Positions 24,969 to 32,000 of a stretch of DNA of 32,000 nucleotides are shown here, one piece after another. The DNA lies in NCBI GenBank assembly GCA_016699855.1, contig CP064988.1, positions 1,496,988 through 1,528,987 of the forward strand. The letters are read 5' to 3'. A program made the position numbers and the translations under genes. The DNA comes from Rhodospirillales bacterium. Its GTDB lineage: Bacteria; Pseudomonadota; Alphaproteobacteria; Reyranellales; Reyranellaceae. Below the pieces are notes generated by a model, which was not told the DNA's origin, did no database searches, and saw nothing but the letters and a program-made list of their open reading frames with translations. How positions within the stretch are numbered: the stretch's first letter is position 1; every line of letters begins with the position of its first letter.

Positions 24969-25874
24969 ATGGAGCCGCCCATGCCGACCCGTTCCTACGC
25001 AATTCTCGAAGCCCCTTCCACATTGGGCCTGGCGACCTATGGAGTGGAGCGTTTGCCCGAGCAGCTGCTGGATTTCGGCCTTGCGGTGCGCATCCATGCG
25101 CGCCGCGCCGTGCGGCTGGCCGTGCCTCCAAAGGATCCTGTGCCCGATCCCGAGACCGGTATCCTGAACACCAAGGCAATTGCGACGTGGTCGCCCAAGC
25201 TCGCCGACGCGGTGGAAGCGGTGCTCGACGCGGGCGAGTTTCCGGTAGTGCTAGGTGGCGATTGCACGATCGTGCTGGGCTCGATGCTCGCGTTTCGACG
25301 GCGCGGTCGCTACGGCCTGTTCTTTATCGACGGCAACGCCGATTTCTTCCAGCCCGAGGCAGAACCGAATGGTGAGGGCGCCTCGATGGATCTTGCCCTC
25401 GTCACCGGCTTCGGCCCGTCGCACCTAACCGACATTGAAGGTCTCTGTCCTCTGGTCCGTCCCGAAGACGCTGTCGCGTTCGCGTATCGCGATCATGAGG
25501 ATCAGGAGGAATATGGTAGCCAGCCGCTCCCTAAAGAGCTCAAGGCGATTGACTTTCCCGCCGCGCGCGCGGCGGGCATCGAGGCCGCTGCGCGCGAAGC
25601 GGTCGACCACCTGACGCGAGAGGAACTGGACGGCTTCTTGATTCATCTCGACGCCGATTGCCTCGACGACGCCATTATGCCAGCTGTCGATTTCCGCGTG
25701 CCGGGTGGGTTATCGTGGGACGAGCTAGGGGTCGCGCTTCGGGTTGCCTTGGCGAGCGGCAAGGCAGTCGGCATCGAGATCACCATCTACAATCCGCGCC
25801 TTGATAAGGACGGCAGCGCCGGGCGCGGCCTGGCCGACGTATTAGCCGTAGCGCTCGGAACGGCAGCGCCCTGA
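24969..25874 (+). CDS. Arginase/agmatinase/formimidoylglutamase (ureohydrolase)-fold protein with non-canonical metal-ligand residues
   Basis: Three family motifs are recognisable but altered: VVLGGDCT (canonical GGDHS), FFIDGNADF (canonical DAHxD) and IHLDADCLDD...VPGGLSWDEL (canonical DxDxxDP...GGLS). Starts 6 nt after the VOC stop. The start may instead be the ATG at 24981. Confidence 0.8.
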   Translation: MEPPMPTRSYAILEAPSTLGLATYGVERLPEQLLDFGLAVRIHARRAVRLAVPPKDPVPDPETGILNTKAIATWSPKLADAVEAVLDAGEFPVVLGGDCTIVLGSMLAFRRRGRYGLFFIDGNADFFQPEAEPNGEGASMDLALVTGFGPSHLTDIEGLCPLVRPEDAVAFAYRDHEDQEEYGSQPLPKELKAIDFPAARAAGIEAAAREAVDHLTREELDGFLIHLDADCLDDAIMPAVDFRVPGGLSWDELGVALRVALASGKAVGIEITIYNPRLDKDGSAGRGLADVLAVALGTAAP

Positions 25875-26240
25875 ACGCGGCGAGCAACGTATGCTTTCCG
25901 GCGCGCTTTGGCCCGAGGCCGAGCAGAACAGCACGATGATGCTCCCAGCCTTTCTTGGTCAGTATCAGGCCGTCAGAGTCTGCCGAAGCGGACTCGGCGG
26001 CATGGATCGCCCTGAGCGCAAGGCCGGCCAAACGCGGTGCGGAACGAGCAGTATCGATACTACTCACCGTCCGCCTCCGATGCTGCGGTAGACGACGATC
26101 GCCGCGTCGAGCTGGGCATGTGCATCGGCCTTAGCCACCAGGCCGCAACAATCAGGACGGCGCGCGCAATCGCGACGGCGCCCCAAAGACGCCGATCGCG
26201 CAGTGCGCCGGGCCGGAAGGAAAGAACGTTCATGGGCGGC

Positions 26241-26972
26241 CTAGCGAATGAAGAATTCGACAGGCACGACGAATTCGATCGTGTCGCCCACGATATCGAC
26301 CGGCGGTTTCGGCAGGGGCTGCGCCCGACGCGGCAGGTTCACGGCTTCGGAATCGAGCGCAGCGGAGCCGGAGGATCGTTCGAGACGCGACGAAAGCACC
26401 CGGCCGTTCCGGTCGATGACGAAGCGGATGTAGGGCACGCCCTGCTGGCGGCGTGACTGCGCCGACGATGGGTAGCGCTTCACCTTGTTCAGCGCGCCGA
26501 GCACCAGTCCCTGCCAGGTCGGGACACCGCTCGACAGCGTCGGGGCCGGCGGCGCGGGGCGCGCGGGCGGCGCTGTCGTCTCCGCTGCCGGAGCCTTTGC
26601 CTCCATCTTCGGCTCGGGCGGTTGAACCGGCAGCGCCACGGCCGGGGTCAGCGCCTGCGGCGTCTTCACCATCTCGCGCTGCACGACGGGCTTGGACAGG
26701 TCGGCCTTGTCCTGCTTCGGTCCTGGCGGCCGCTCGGTCGGCGGAGCCGGAGGTGCGGCCAGCGGCATCATGTCGATGACGATCGCCGGTTCGGGCGCGG
26801 GCGTGCTTATCGTCGGGCCCAGCCAATAGGCCGCGACGAGCGCCGGAACGGCATGGACGCCGACCACGACGGCGAGCGCGATGGCCCAGCGCCGGACCTC
26901 ACGCGGATCAGCGAGTGGATCGGCAGAAGGGACGATCTCAGGCCGCGGCGCGATCTGATTCATCGCATTCAC
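26241..26972 (-). CDS. tonB: Energy transducer TonB
   Basis: GTGA overlap with the exbD stop. N-terminal TM (WAIALAVVVGVHAVPALVAAYWL), Pro-rich spacer, and C-terminal domain ...YPSSAQSRRQQGVPYIRFVIDRNGRVLSSRLERSSGSAALDSEA... Confidence 0.85.
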   Translation of the reverse strand: MNAMNQIAPRPEIVPSADPLADPREVRRWAIALAVVVGVHAVPALVAAYWLGPTISTPAPEPAIVIDMMPLAAPPAPPTERPPGPKQDKADLSKPVVQREMVKTPQALTPAVALPVQPPEPKMEAKAPAAETTAPPARPAPPAPTLSSGVPTWQGLVLGALNKVKRYPSSAQSRRQQGVPYIRFVIDRNGRVLSSRLERSSGSAALDSEAVNLPRRAQPLPKPPVDIVGDTIEFVVPVEFFIR

Positions 26973-27391
26973 TGGCCCGCCGTCTCTTCCATGCCGACCA
27001 ATGCGACCTTGAGATAGCCCGCTCCGCGAAGCTCGTTCATCGCCTTCATCAGCGTGTCGTAGTCGACTGTCTTGTCGGCGCGCAGGAACACGCGCTGTTC
27101 CTTGTCGTTTCCGGTGCGGCGGTCGAGTTCGGCCGGCAATGCTTCATGACTGACCGGCGTATTGTCGAGCGCGAGGGTGCGGTCGGCCTTGATGGTCAGG
27201 AATATCTGCTTGTCCGGTTTAGGCTGCGGCTGCGCGGTGGACGCCGGCAGGTCGACCTTCACGTCCACTGTCGCCAAGGGTGCCGCGACCATTAAGATGA
27301 TGAGCAGGACGAGCATCACGTCGATGAACGGCGTGACGTTGATCTCATGGGTTTCTTCCATGTCGTCGTCATGGTGAAGCTTGGCGGCCAT
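26969..27391 (-). CDS. exbD: Biopolymer transport protein ExbD/TolR
   Basis: Internal ATG at 27391 with AGAGGA upstream. ...EINVTPFIDVMLVLLIILMVAAP...VFLRADKTVDYDTLMKAMNELRGAGY. The longer track ORF (to 27667) overlaps exbB. Confidence 0.88.
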   Translation of the reverse strand: MAAKLHHDDDMEETHEINVTPFIDVMLVLLIILMVAAPLATVDVKVDLPASTAQPQPKPDKQIFLTIKADRTLALDNTPVSHEALPAELDRRTGNDKEQRVFLRADKTVDYDTLMKAMNELRGAGYLKVALVGMEETAGQ

Positions 27392-27396
27392 CCTCT

Positions 27397-28188
27397 TTAC
27401 TCCGCCACATGCAGTTCGGGCTTGCCGACGATCCCACGCGAATGATCGCGGGACACAAGGCGCAGCACGGCGGCAGAGGTATCGCTGATCAACGCCTTGT
27501 AGGCAGCGATCTGGCGGGCGAAATGATTGTAGATCACGACGGCTGGGATAGCCGCGACCAGGCCCATCGCCGTCGCCAGCAACGCCTCGGCGATGCCGGG
27601 CGCGACCACGGCGAGGTTGGTCGTCTGCGAGGCGGAGATGCCGATAAAGCTGTTCATGATGCCCCACACCGTGCCGAACAGACCGACGAAGGGCGCGGTC
27701 GCGCCGATCGTCGCCAGCACACTAGTTCCTCGCGTCATGCGCCTTCCCGCCGCTGCCTCGATGCGGTCCAGCCGCGAGGCGACGCGCTCTTTCAAGCCCT
27801 CGCCGTCGTGCAGGGCGTCGGCCGACTGCCTGATCTCCGTTGCCGCCACGCCCAACAGCGTCACGGATACGACCGCGTCCTTGCCAACCGTCTGCGTCGC
27901 CTCGCTGAGAGAGCGTGCGCCCTCGATCTTCTCGAACGCGGTCCGCTGCGCCGCTAACACCTTCTTGAGTTCCACCGATTTGGCGACCAGTACGGTCCAT
28001 GTGATGACCGAAGCGATTGCGAGGCCGATCATCACAGCCTTCACCACCCAATCGGCAGAAACGAACATCCCCCAAGCGGTGAGGCCTTCCGGCAGAGTCC
28101 CGGTCATCGGTTGAGCAAGGGCTGGGGTTGCCGCACTGGCAAGAGCGACGGCAAACGCGGCCCACCGGCGGAATGTGCTTGTAGTCAT
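27397..28188 (-). CDS. exbB: TonB-system energizer ExbB (MotA/TolQ/ExbB channel) with N-terminal signal peptide
   Basis: Start chosen at the ATG at 28188: MTTSTFRRWAAFAVALASAATPALAQP, then ...TIGATAPFVGLFGTVWGIMNSF...PGIAEALLATAMGLVAAIPAVVIYN. An alternative ATG at 28248 forms an ATGA overlap with the upstream gene. The 484-aa track ORF is an artefact of the open frame. Confidence 0.85.
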   Translation of the reverse strand: MTTSTFRRWAAFAVALASAATPALAQPMTGTLPEGLTAWGMFVSADWVVKAVMIGLAIASVITWTVLVAKSVELKKVLAAQRTAFEKIEGARSLSEATQTVGKDAVVSVTLLGVAATEIRQSADALHDGEGLKERVASRLDRIEAAAGRRMTRGTSVLATIGATAPFVGLFGTVWGIMNSFIGISASQTTNLAVVAPGIAEALLATAMGLVAAIPAVVIYNHFARQIAAYKALISDTSAAVLRLVSRDHSRGIVGKPELHVAE

Positions 28189-28244
28189 GATCGGGGCTTT
28201 CTGTCGGTAGCCGCGTAGCGGCAGGGTTAGGAAGGCCGGAGTGC

Positions 28245-28838
28245 TCATGGGAGGATCCCGGCGGGCAGTTGCCAAGCGAGCGCAAGCAACACGCTGCCGA
28301 CTGCCAGCCATGCCCAGGTCCGCGTCAGGTTGCGGGCATGGAACACAACCATGGCGATGACAGCGAAGATGGCGAAGCTCGCCAGCGTGGCGGCATGGAC
28401 GGCTTCGACCCGATTCATGCCGAGCGCCGCCAGTGCGAGGGACAAGGCGACGGTGACTAGCGCGGCCAGGCCATAAGCGCCGAGCGTTCCGGCAAGAACG
28501 CGAACGGCGACCGCCCAGCGGGCACGGGCCGGATCGCCCAACCGCATCATCGCCGAACCTTTCCGATGAATGCGCGCTCGGTTGATGTTGACCGCCACGA
28601 CAAGCGCGGCCGCGATGGTCAGCCATCCGAACCACGCGACCACGCCATAACCATAGCCAAGACCGATCTCCGCGACGGCGAACGCAAGCGCCAGCAGCAC
28701 GAATCCCGTTGCGCGCAGAATCCGATCGCCAGATGGTGGCAGCCTGCGGCCAAGCCAGTCCCGCTGGTGCCGGGGCATCGCCAGCAGCAGCAGTGCGAAC
28801 CCGGCGAACGACAACAAAAAGATCGGGGCGTCGATCAC
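28245..28838 (-). CDS. Membrane protein: DUF3325-like N-terminal half fused in frame to a DUF3649-like (small iron-uptake membrane protein) C-terminal half
   Basis: GTGA overlap with the PepSY stop. The first ~100 aa (IFLLSFAGFALLLLAMPRHQRDWLGRRL...LRATGFVLLALAFAV...) fit DUF3325. Residues ~105-197 (ARWAVAVRVLAGTLGAYGLAALV...MNRVEAVHAATLASFAIFAVIAMVVFHARN..) fit my memory of DUF3649. There is no stop between them. Confidence 0.6.
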   Translation of the reverse strand: MIDAPIFLLSFAGFALLLLAMPRHQRDWLGRRLPPSGDRILRATGFVLLALAFAVAEIGLGYGYGVVAWFGWLTIAAALVVAVNINRARIHRKGSAMMRLGDPARARWAVAVRVLAGTLGAYGLAALVTVALSLALAALGMNRVEAVHAATLASFAIFAVIAMVVFHARNLTRTWAWLAVGSVLLALAWQLPAGILP

Positions 28839-30430
28839 AGGATGGCCTCAACCGACGCGCATGTGCGCCGCTCGGCGGCGGCGTTCGGTTTGCGCGCCGC
28901 GACCTTTCCTGCTGCGAACGCCAGCGCGGCCGCCATCACCAGCACGGTCAGGTCGAAGCCGACGAAGATCCAATCGCGCGCGATCAGGCTGGGGATCAGG
29001 CCGCGCTCGGTGGTGCAGGCATTGACGACGGGAACCAGCGCATAGAGCAGCGCACCCGCCGCCAGCGTCTCGATCCATGCTCGCTTCGCCGGACGCCCGA
29101 TCGACCAGACGAATAGCGCGCCCCAGGCGATGAACAGGCTGTTGATTTCCCAATCGGCCCGGTGTGCCATGCCGATGGGCAACAGGCGGTTGGCGAGGAA
29201 ATAGACGGCGATCGCGGCGGTTGCTCCAGCGACGACACCGATGTTCAGCCGCCCGACCAGCTTGAACCCGATGTGCGGGCGATCAGGATCGGAGAGCTTG
29301 GCGCGGCGCTTCACCGTCCAGAGGACAAGTCCGCTGGCGATCATCGCCGTACCGCCAGCGCCGGCCAGAAAGTAAAGCCAGCGCAATACCGGGTCGGCGA
29401 AGCGGGCAGCATGGAGGTCGATCATCACGCCATTCGTGGCGATTGCCGGGCCTTGCGCCTGCGGAGCTTGAAGCACCTCGCCGGTGACGCCGTTCAGGTG
29501 GACGGCGCCGTGCGGACTGGGAAGTCGGTCGCGTTGCGGCAATATCTCCACGACGGCATTGGCATCGCCGGGGTGCTCGACCACGATATAACCGGGAACG
29601 AAATCAACACCGACTCTCGTCGCACGGGCGACGAGGTCGCTCAGCGGCAAAAGGGGCGCGGATCGGCCGCTGGCCTCGACATGCGGATGCGGAGCGACCG
29701 CATCGAAAAAGGCATCGCGAACCGGATAGGCGGCGCTGATCGCCCAGGGCATGGCGACGAACATCAGCGTGACCAGGCCGGTATAGGTAATCATGAGGTG
29801 AAACGGCAGCGCCAGCACACCCGCGACATTGTGTGCGTCAAGCCAGCTTCGCTGCCCCTTGCCGAAGCGCAGCGTGAAGAAATCGGCGAACATCTTCTTG
29901 TGCGTGACGACGCCCGAAAGGATTGCAACCAGCATCGCCAGCGACGCCGCTATAACAATGTAGCGCGCCCAGAGCGCCGGCATGTAATACAGATTGTAAT
30001 GGAAGAGATAGAGGAAGGTGCCGCCTTGCGTCTCGCGGATCGTGACCGGCTCACCAGTGATCGGGTCGAGCGTGGCCTGCTCCCGCTGGGACGGTGTTAC
30101 GCCTTTCGGCAGCCATGACACATAGAATCCGTCGCCCCGCTCGGCTCCCTCGAACGACAGGGTCCAGCCATCCGCACCCGCTGCTCTTGTCGCCAGCAGC
30201 GCGCCCGCCGCATCAAGCGCCCGAGCGGATACCGGCGCGACTCGGGCCTCAGGCCGCATCCAGCGGTTGATCTCCAAGTGGAAAAATGCCGTCGTTCCGA
30301 ACATGAATATGAGGAACAGCACCCAGCCGGGCAACAGTCCTGCCCAAGTGTGCAGCCACGCCATCGACTGACGAAAACTACTGTTCGACGGCGCATCCGT
30401 CGTCTGCTGATCGTTTTCTTTACATGGCAT
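28835..30430 (-). CDS. PepSY-associated TM-helix protein (PiuB-like, siderophore/iron uptake accessory)
   Basis: FRQSMAWLHTWAGLLPGWVLFLIFMFGTTAFF..., ...KKMFADFFTLRFGKGQRSWLDAHNVAGVLALPFHLMITYTG..., DLHAARF. 531 aa. Starts 23 nt downstream of the receptor gene. Confidence 0.8.
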   Translation of the reverse strand: MPCKENDQQTTDAPSNSSFRQSMAWLHTWAGLLPGWVLFLIFMFGTTAFFHLEINRWMRPEARVAPVSARALDAAGALLATRAAGADGWTLSFEGAERGDGFYVSWLPKGVTPSQREQATLDPITGEPVTIRETQGGTFLYLFHYNLYYMPALWARYIVIAASLAMLVAILSGVVTHKKMFADFFTLRFGKGQRSWLDAHNVAGVLALPFHLMITYTGLVTLMFVAMPWAISAAYPVRDAFFDAVAPHPHVEASGRSAPLLPLSDLVARATRVGVDFVPGYIVVEHPGDANAVVEILPQRDRLPSPHGAVHLNGVTGEVLQAPQAQGPAIATNGVMIDLHAARFADPVLRWLYFLAGAGGTAMIASGLVLWTVKRRAKLSDPDRPHIGFKLVGRLNIGVVAGATAAIAVYFLANRLLPIGMAHRADWEINSLFIAWGALFVWSIGRPAKRAWIETLAAGALLYALVPVVNACTTERGLIPSLIARDWIFVGFDLTVLVMAAALAFAAGKVAARKPNAAAERRTCASVEAIL

Positions 30431-30453
30431 CTCAGATCGCCCCGAGCGCCAGT

Positions 30454-32000
30454 TTAAAACTTGGCGTTTACACTGAACAGGACGCTGCGCGGTTCGCCGT
30501 AATAGCCGAAGGACGTGTCCGTATAATATGACTTGTCGAACAGGTTGTTGGCATTGAATGCGACCGAAAGCCGGTCGGTGACGTCGAAGCGCGCCAACAG
30601 GCTTACCAAAGCATAGGCGCCCTGTTCGACCCTGAGGTCGATATCGATGTCATCATGCGCGCCATTTTGCCAGACGATACCACCACCAATGGTCAACCGA
30701 TCGTTCAGGACCGATGGTTTCCATGTGGTCTGCAACTTGGCACTCTTCCGTGGCGTATAAGTATTGACGAGTTGGCCGGCAGGATTCCTCGTTACGTTCT
30801 GGCTATAGCCCGTATAGAGGTTCCAGCGATCAGTGACGGCGCCGCTTAGCTCGATCTCCCAGCCGCGTGTCTTGTTACCTTTCCCCGTCGATCGATAGGC
30901 GCTGTCGCCGTTCGGCAGGATGAACTCCGGCACGACCAGTCTGGCTTCATTGTCACGCTTGGCCTCGTAGATTGCCGCGTTAATGGTTAGGCGCTCGTCC
31001 AGCAAGGCCGCCTTGAGGCCGATCTCCTTGTTGCTGCCCACAATCGGATCAATGATGCTGTTGTTCACATCGCGTAGGCTCTGCGGAGTGAAGAGATCGG
31101 CATAGCTGGCATAAACGGTCAGTTCCGGAATGATGTCGAACGTCGCTGCATAGAATGGCGTGAACACCTTGCCCGGTTTGGTTTCCTCGAACGTCGCGGT
31201 GCCGGCTATTCTGTTCTCGACACGTTGCGAGGTCCGCCAGGCCGTCAGGCGGCCGCCGATGATGACATGAAGCGGGTCGGCGAGTGACAGGCGGACGCTT
31301 CCGAAGATGCCGTCCATCTTCTCCTTCGCGGTGTCGAAGACGGTTCGCGCGCCGCGTGCCGGTTTCGGCACGATGCCTGTGAAGGTGAAGATGTTCGTGT
31401 CGACCCCATCCAGATTAAGCGGCGCTATGCCCCCGGATTGCCGATCATCCCGCCGACGGTAGCCATTGACGCCGAACATGAGCATGTGCTCACGGCCAAA
31501 CAGCCCGAAGCTGCCGTTGAGATGGGCGTCATAGGTCCATTGGTCGCGCCTTCCGTCCGCGTCGAAGAACCAGAAGGACCGGCCATTTCCCGCCCGGTCA
31601 GGCACGCCCCTGCCGAGGAAATAGGCTCTTGGATCAGATAGGGTTCGCGTCCAGCCGAGCGCGGCCACCAACTTCCAGTCCTCGCCGATCTGTTGTTCCA
31701 GCGTGATATCGGCCCGGTTCTCGGTCTTGTCCCAACGCGCCCATGTGGTGGCTAGATTGGTCGAACGTGGCATGTCGAGCCGGCCACCGTCGCTATAATA
31801 ACGCGGCAAGCCGCCATGGGTCGCCCCGCGCGAATTAGTATCCTGCCAGACATTGGCGATACGCAGCAGAGTCGACGGACCAACATCCACCTCCAGCATT
31901 CCGGAAAGGAGCAGGCGGTCATCGGACGCGCGGACGCGCCAGGAATCACCCGTATGGTACAGGCCGATCAACCTAGCTCGCACCCCTCCATTGGCGGCAA
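30454..32000 (-). CDS. TonB-dependent siderophore receptor, N-terminus outside the window
   Basis: The minus-strand frame stays open to nt 32000 (…AANGGVRARLIGLYHTGDSW…). Beta-barrel repeat pattern, with C-terminal ...YYGEPRSVLFSVNAKF ending in the terminal Phe typical of TBDRs. Confidence 0.88.
   Translation of the reverse strand, partial: AANGGVRARLIGLYHTGDSWRVRASDDRLLLSGMLEVDVGPSTLLRIANVWQDTNSRGATHGGLPRYYSDGGRLDMPRSTNLATTWARWDKTENRADITLEQQIGEDWKLVAALGWTRTLSDPRAYFLGRGVPDRAGNGRSFWFFDADGRRDQWTYDAHLNGSFGLFGREHMLMFGVNGYRRRDDRQSGGIAPLNLDGVDTNIFTFTGIVPKPARGARTVFDTAKEKMDGIFGSVRLSLADPLHVIIGGRLTAWRTSQRVENRIAGTATFEETKPGKVFTPFYAATFDIIPELTVYASYADLFTPQSLRDVNNSIIDPIVGSNKEIGLKAALLDERLTINAAIYEAKRDNEARLVVPEFILPNGDSAYRSTGKGNKTRGWEIELSGAVTDRWNLYTGYSQNVTRNPAGQLVNTYTPRKSAKLQTTWKPSVLNDRLTIGGGIVWQNGAHDDIDIDLRVEQGAYALVSLLARFDVTDRLSVAFNANNLFDKSYYTDTSFGYYGEPRSVLFSVNAKF

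Noticed and set aside
2697-25874. Functional link between the guanidine-class riboswitch (2.7 kb) and the arginase-fold gene (25 kb) as one guanidine-metabolism system
   Set aside because: They are about 22 kb apart, in different modules separated by the whole trb operon and several gene relics. No riboswitch-like leader precedes the VOC-arginase pair (24540-24584 has only an RBS and a short AACGG/CCGTT repeat). Co-occurrence in the window is not evidence of a shared pathway.
27397-28851. 484-aa track ORF suggesting a giant ExbB, and 232-aa track ORF (26969-27667) suggesting a long ExbD
   Set aside because: The N-terminal extensions are Arg-rich, overlap the upstream genes (DUF3325-like gene and exbB) and have no family similarity. 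Internal ATGs at 28188 and 27391 give normal-length proteins with a proper signal peptide or RBS.

Overview
High-GC, alphaproteobacterium-like DNA in four blocks. (1) nt 1-13316, + strand: the distal part of a conjugative-element (ICE or plasmid) transfer region. It holds the 3' part of traG, a CopG/RHH regulator, trbB-C-D-E-J-(K-alt)-L-F-G-I and a DUF2274 gene, mostly joined by ATGA/GTGA/TGATG start-stop overlaps. A 1.8-kb lower-GC cargo insert sits between copG and trbB. It carries a minus-strand EamA/DMT transporter gene, broken by a 1-nt frameshift inside a perfect 10-bp palindrome. Its leader reads as a ykkC-class (guanidine-I-like) riboswitch aptamer. A divergent I78-inhibitor-like lipoprotein gene completes the insert. 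(2) nt 13.2-24.5 kb: an accessory mosaic of a LysR regulator, an MFS stub, an atypical SDR, TetR plus a tripartite RND efflux pump (MFP-RND-OMF), a DHA2-type MFS pump, a TetR stub, DUF3817 and a frameshifted tyrosine-integrase relic. (3) nt 24.6-25.9 kb: a VOC/glyoxalase gene plus an arginase-fold gene in which both canonical His metal ligands are replaced. (4) nt 26.2-32.0 kb, minus strand: a siderophore-uptake operon, TBDR (partial)-PepSY-DUF3325/DUF3649-like fusion-exbB-exbD-tonB. I saw no rRNA, tRNA, CRISPR array or intact transposase. The most interesting item is the riboswitch-led transporter cassette embedded antisense inside the T4SS operon. All calls come from reading the sequence and recalling family motifs; no searches were run.
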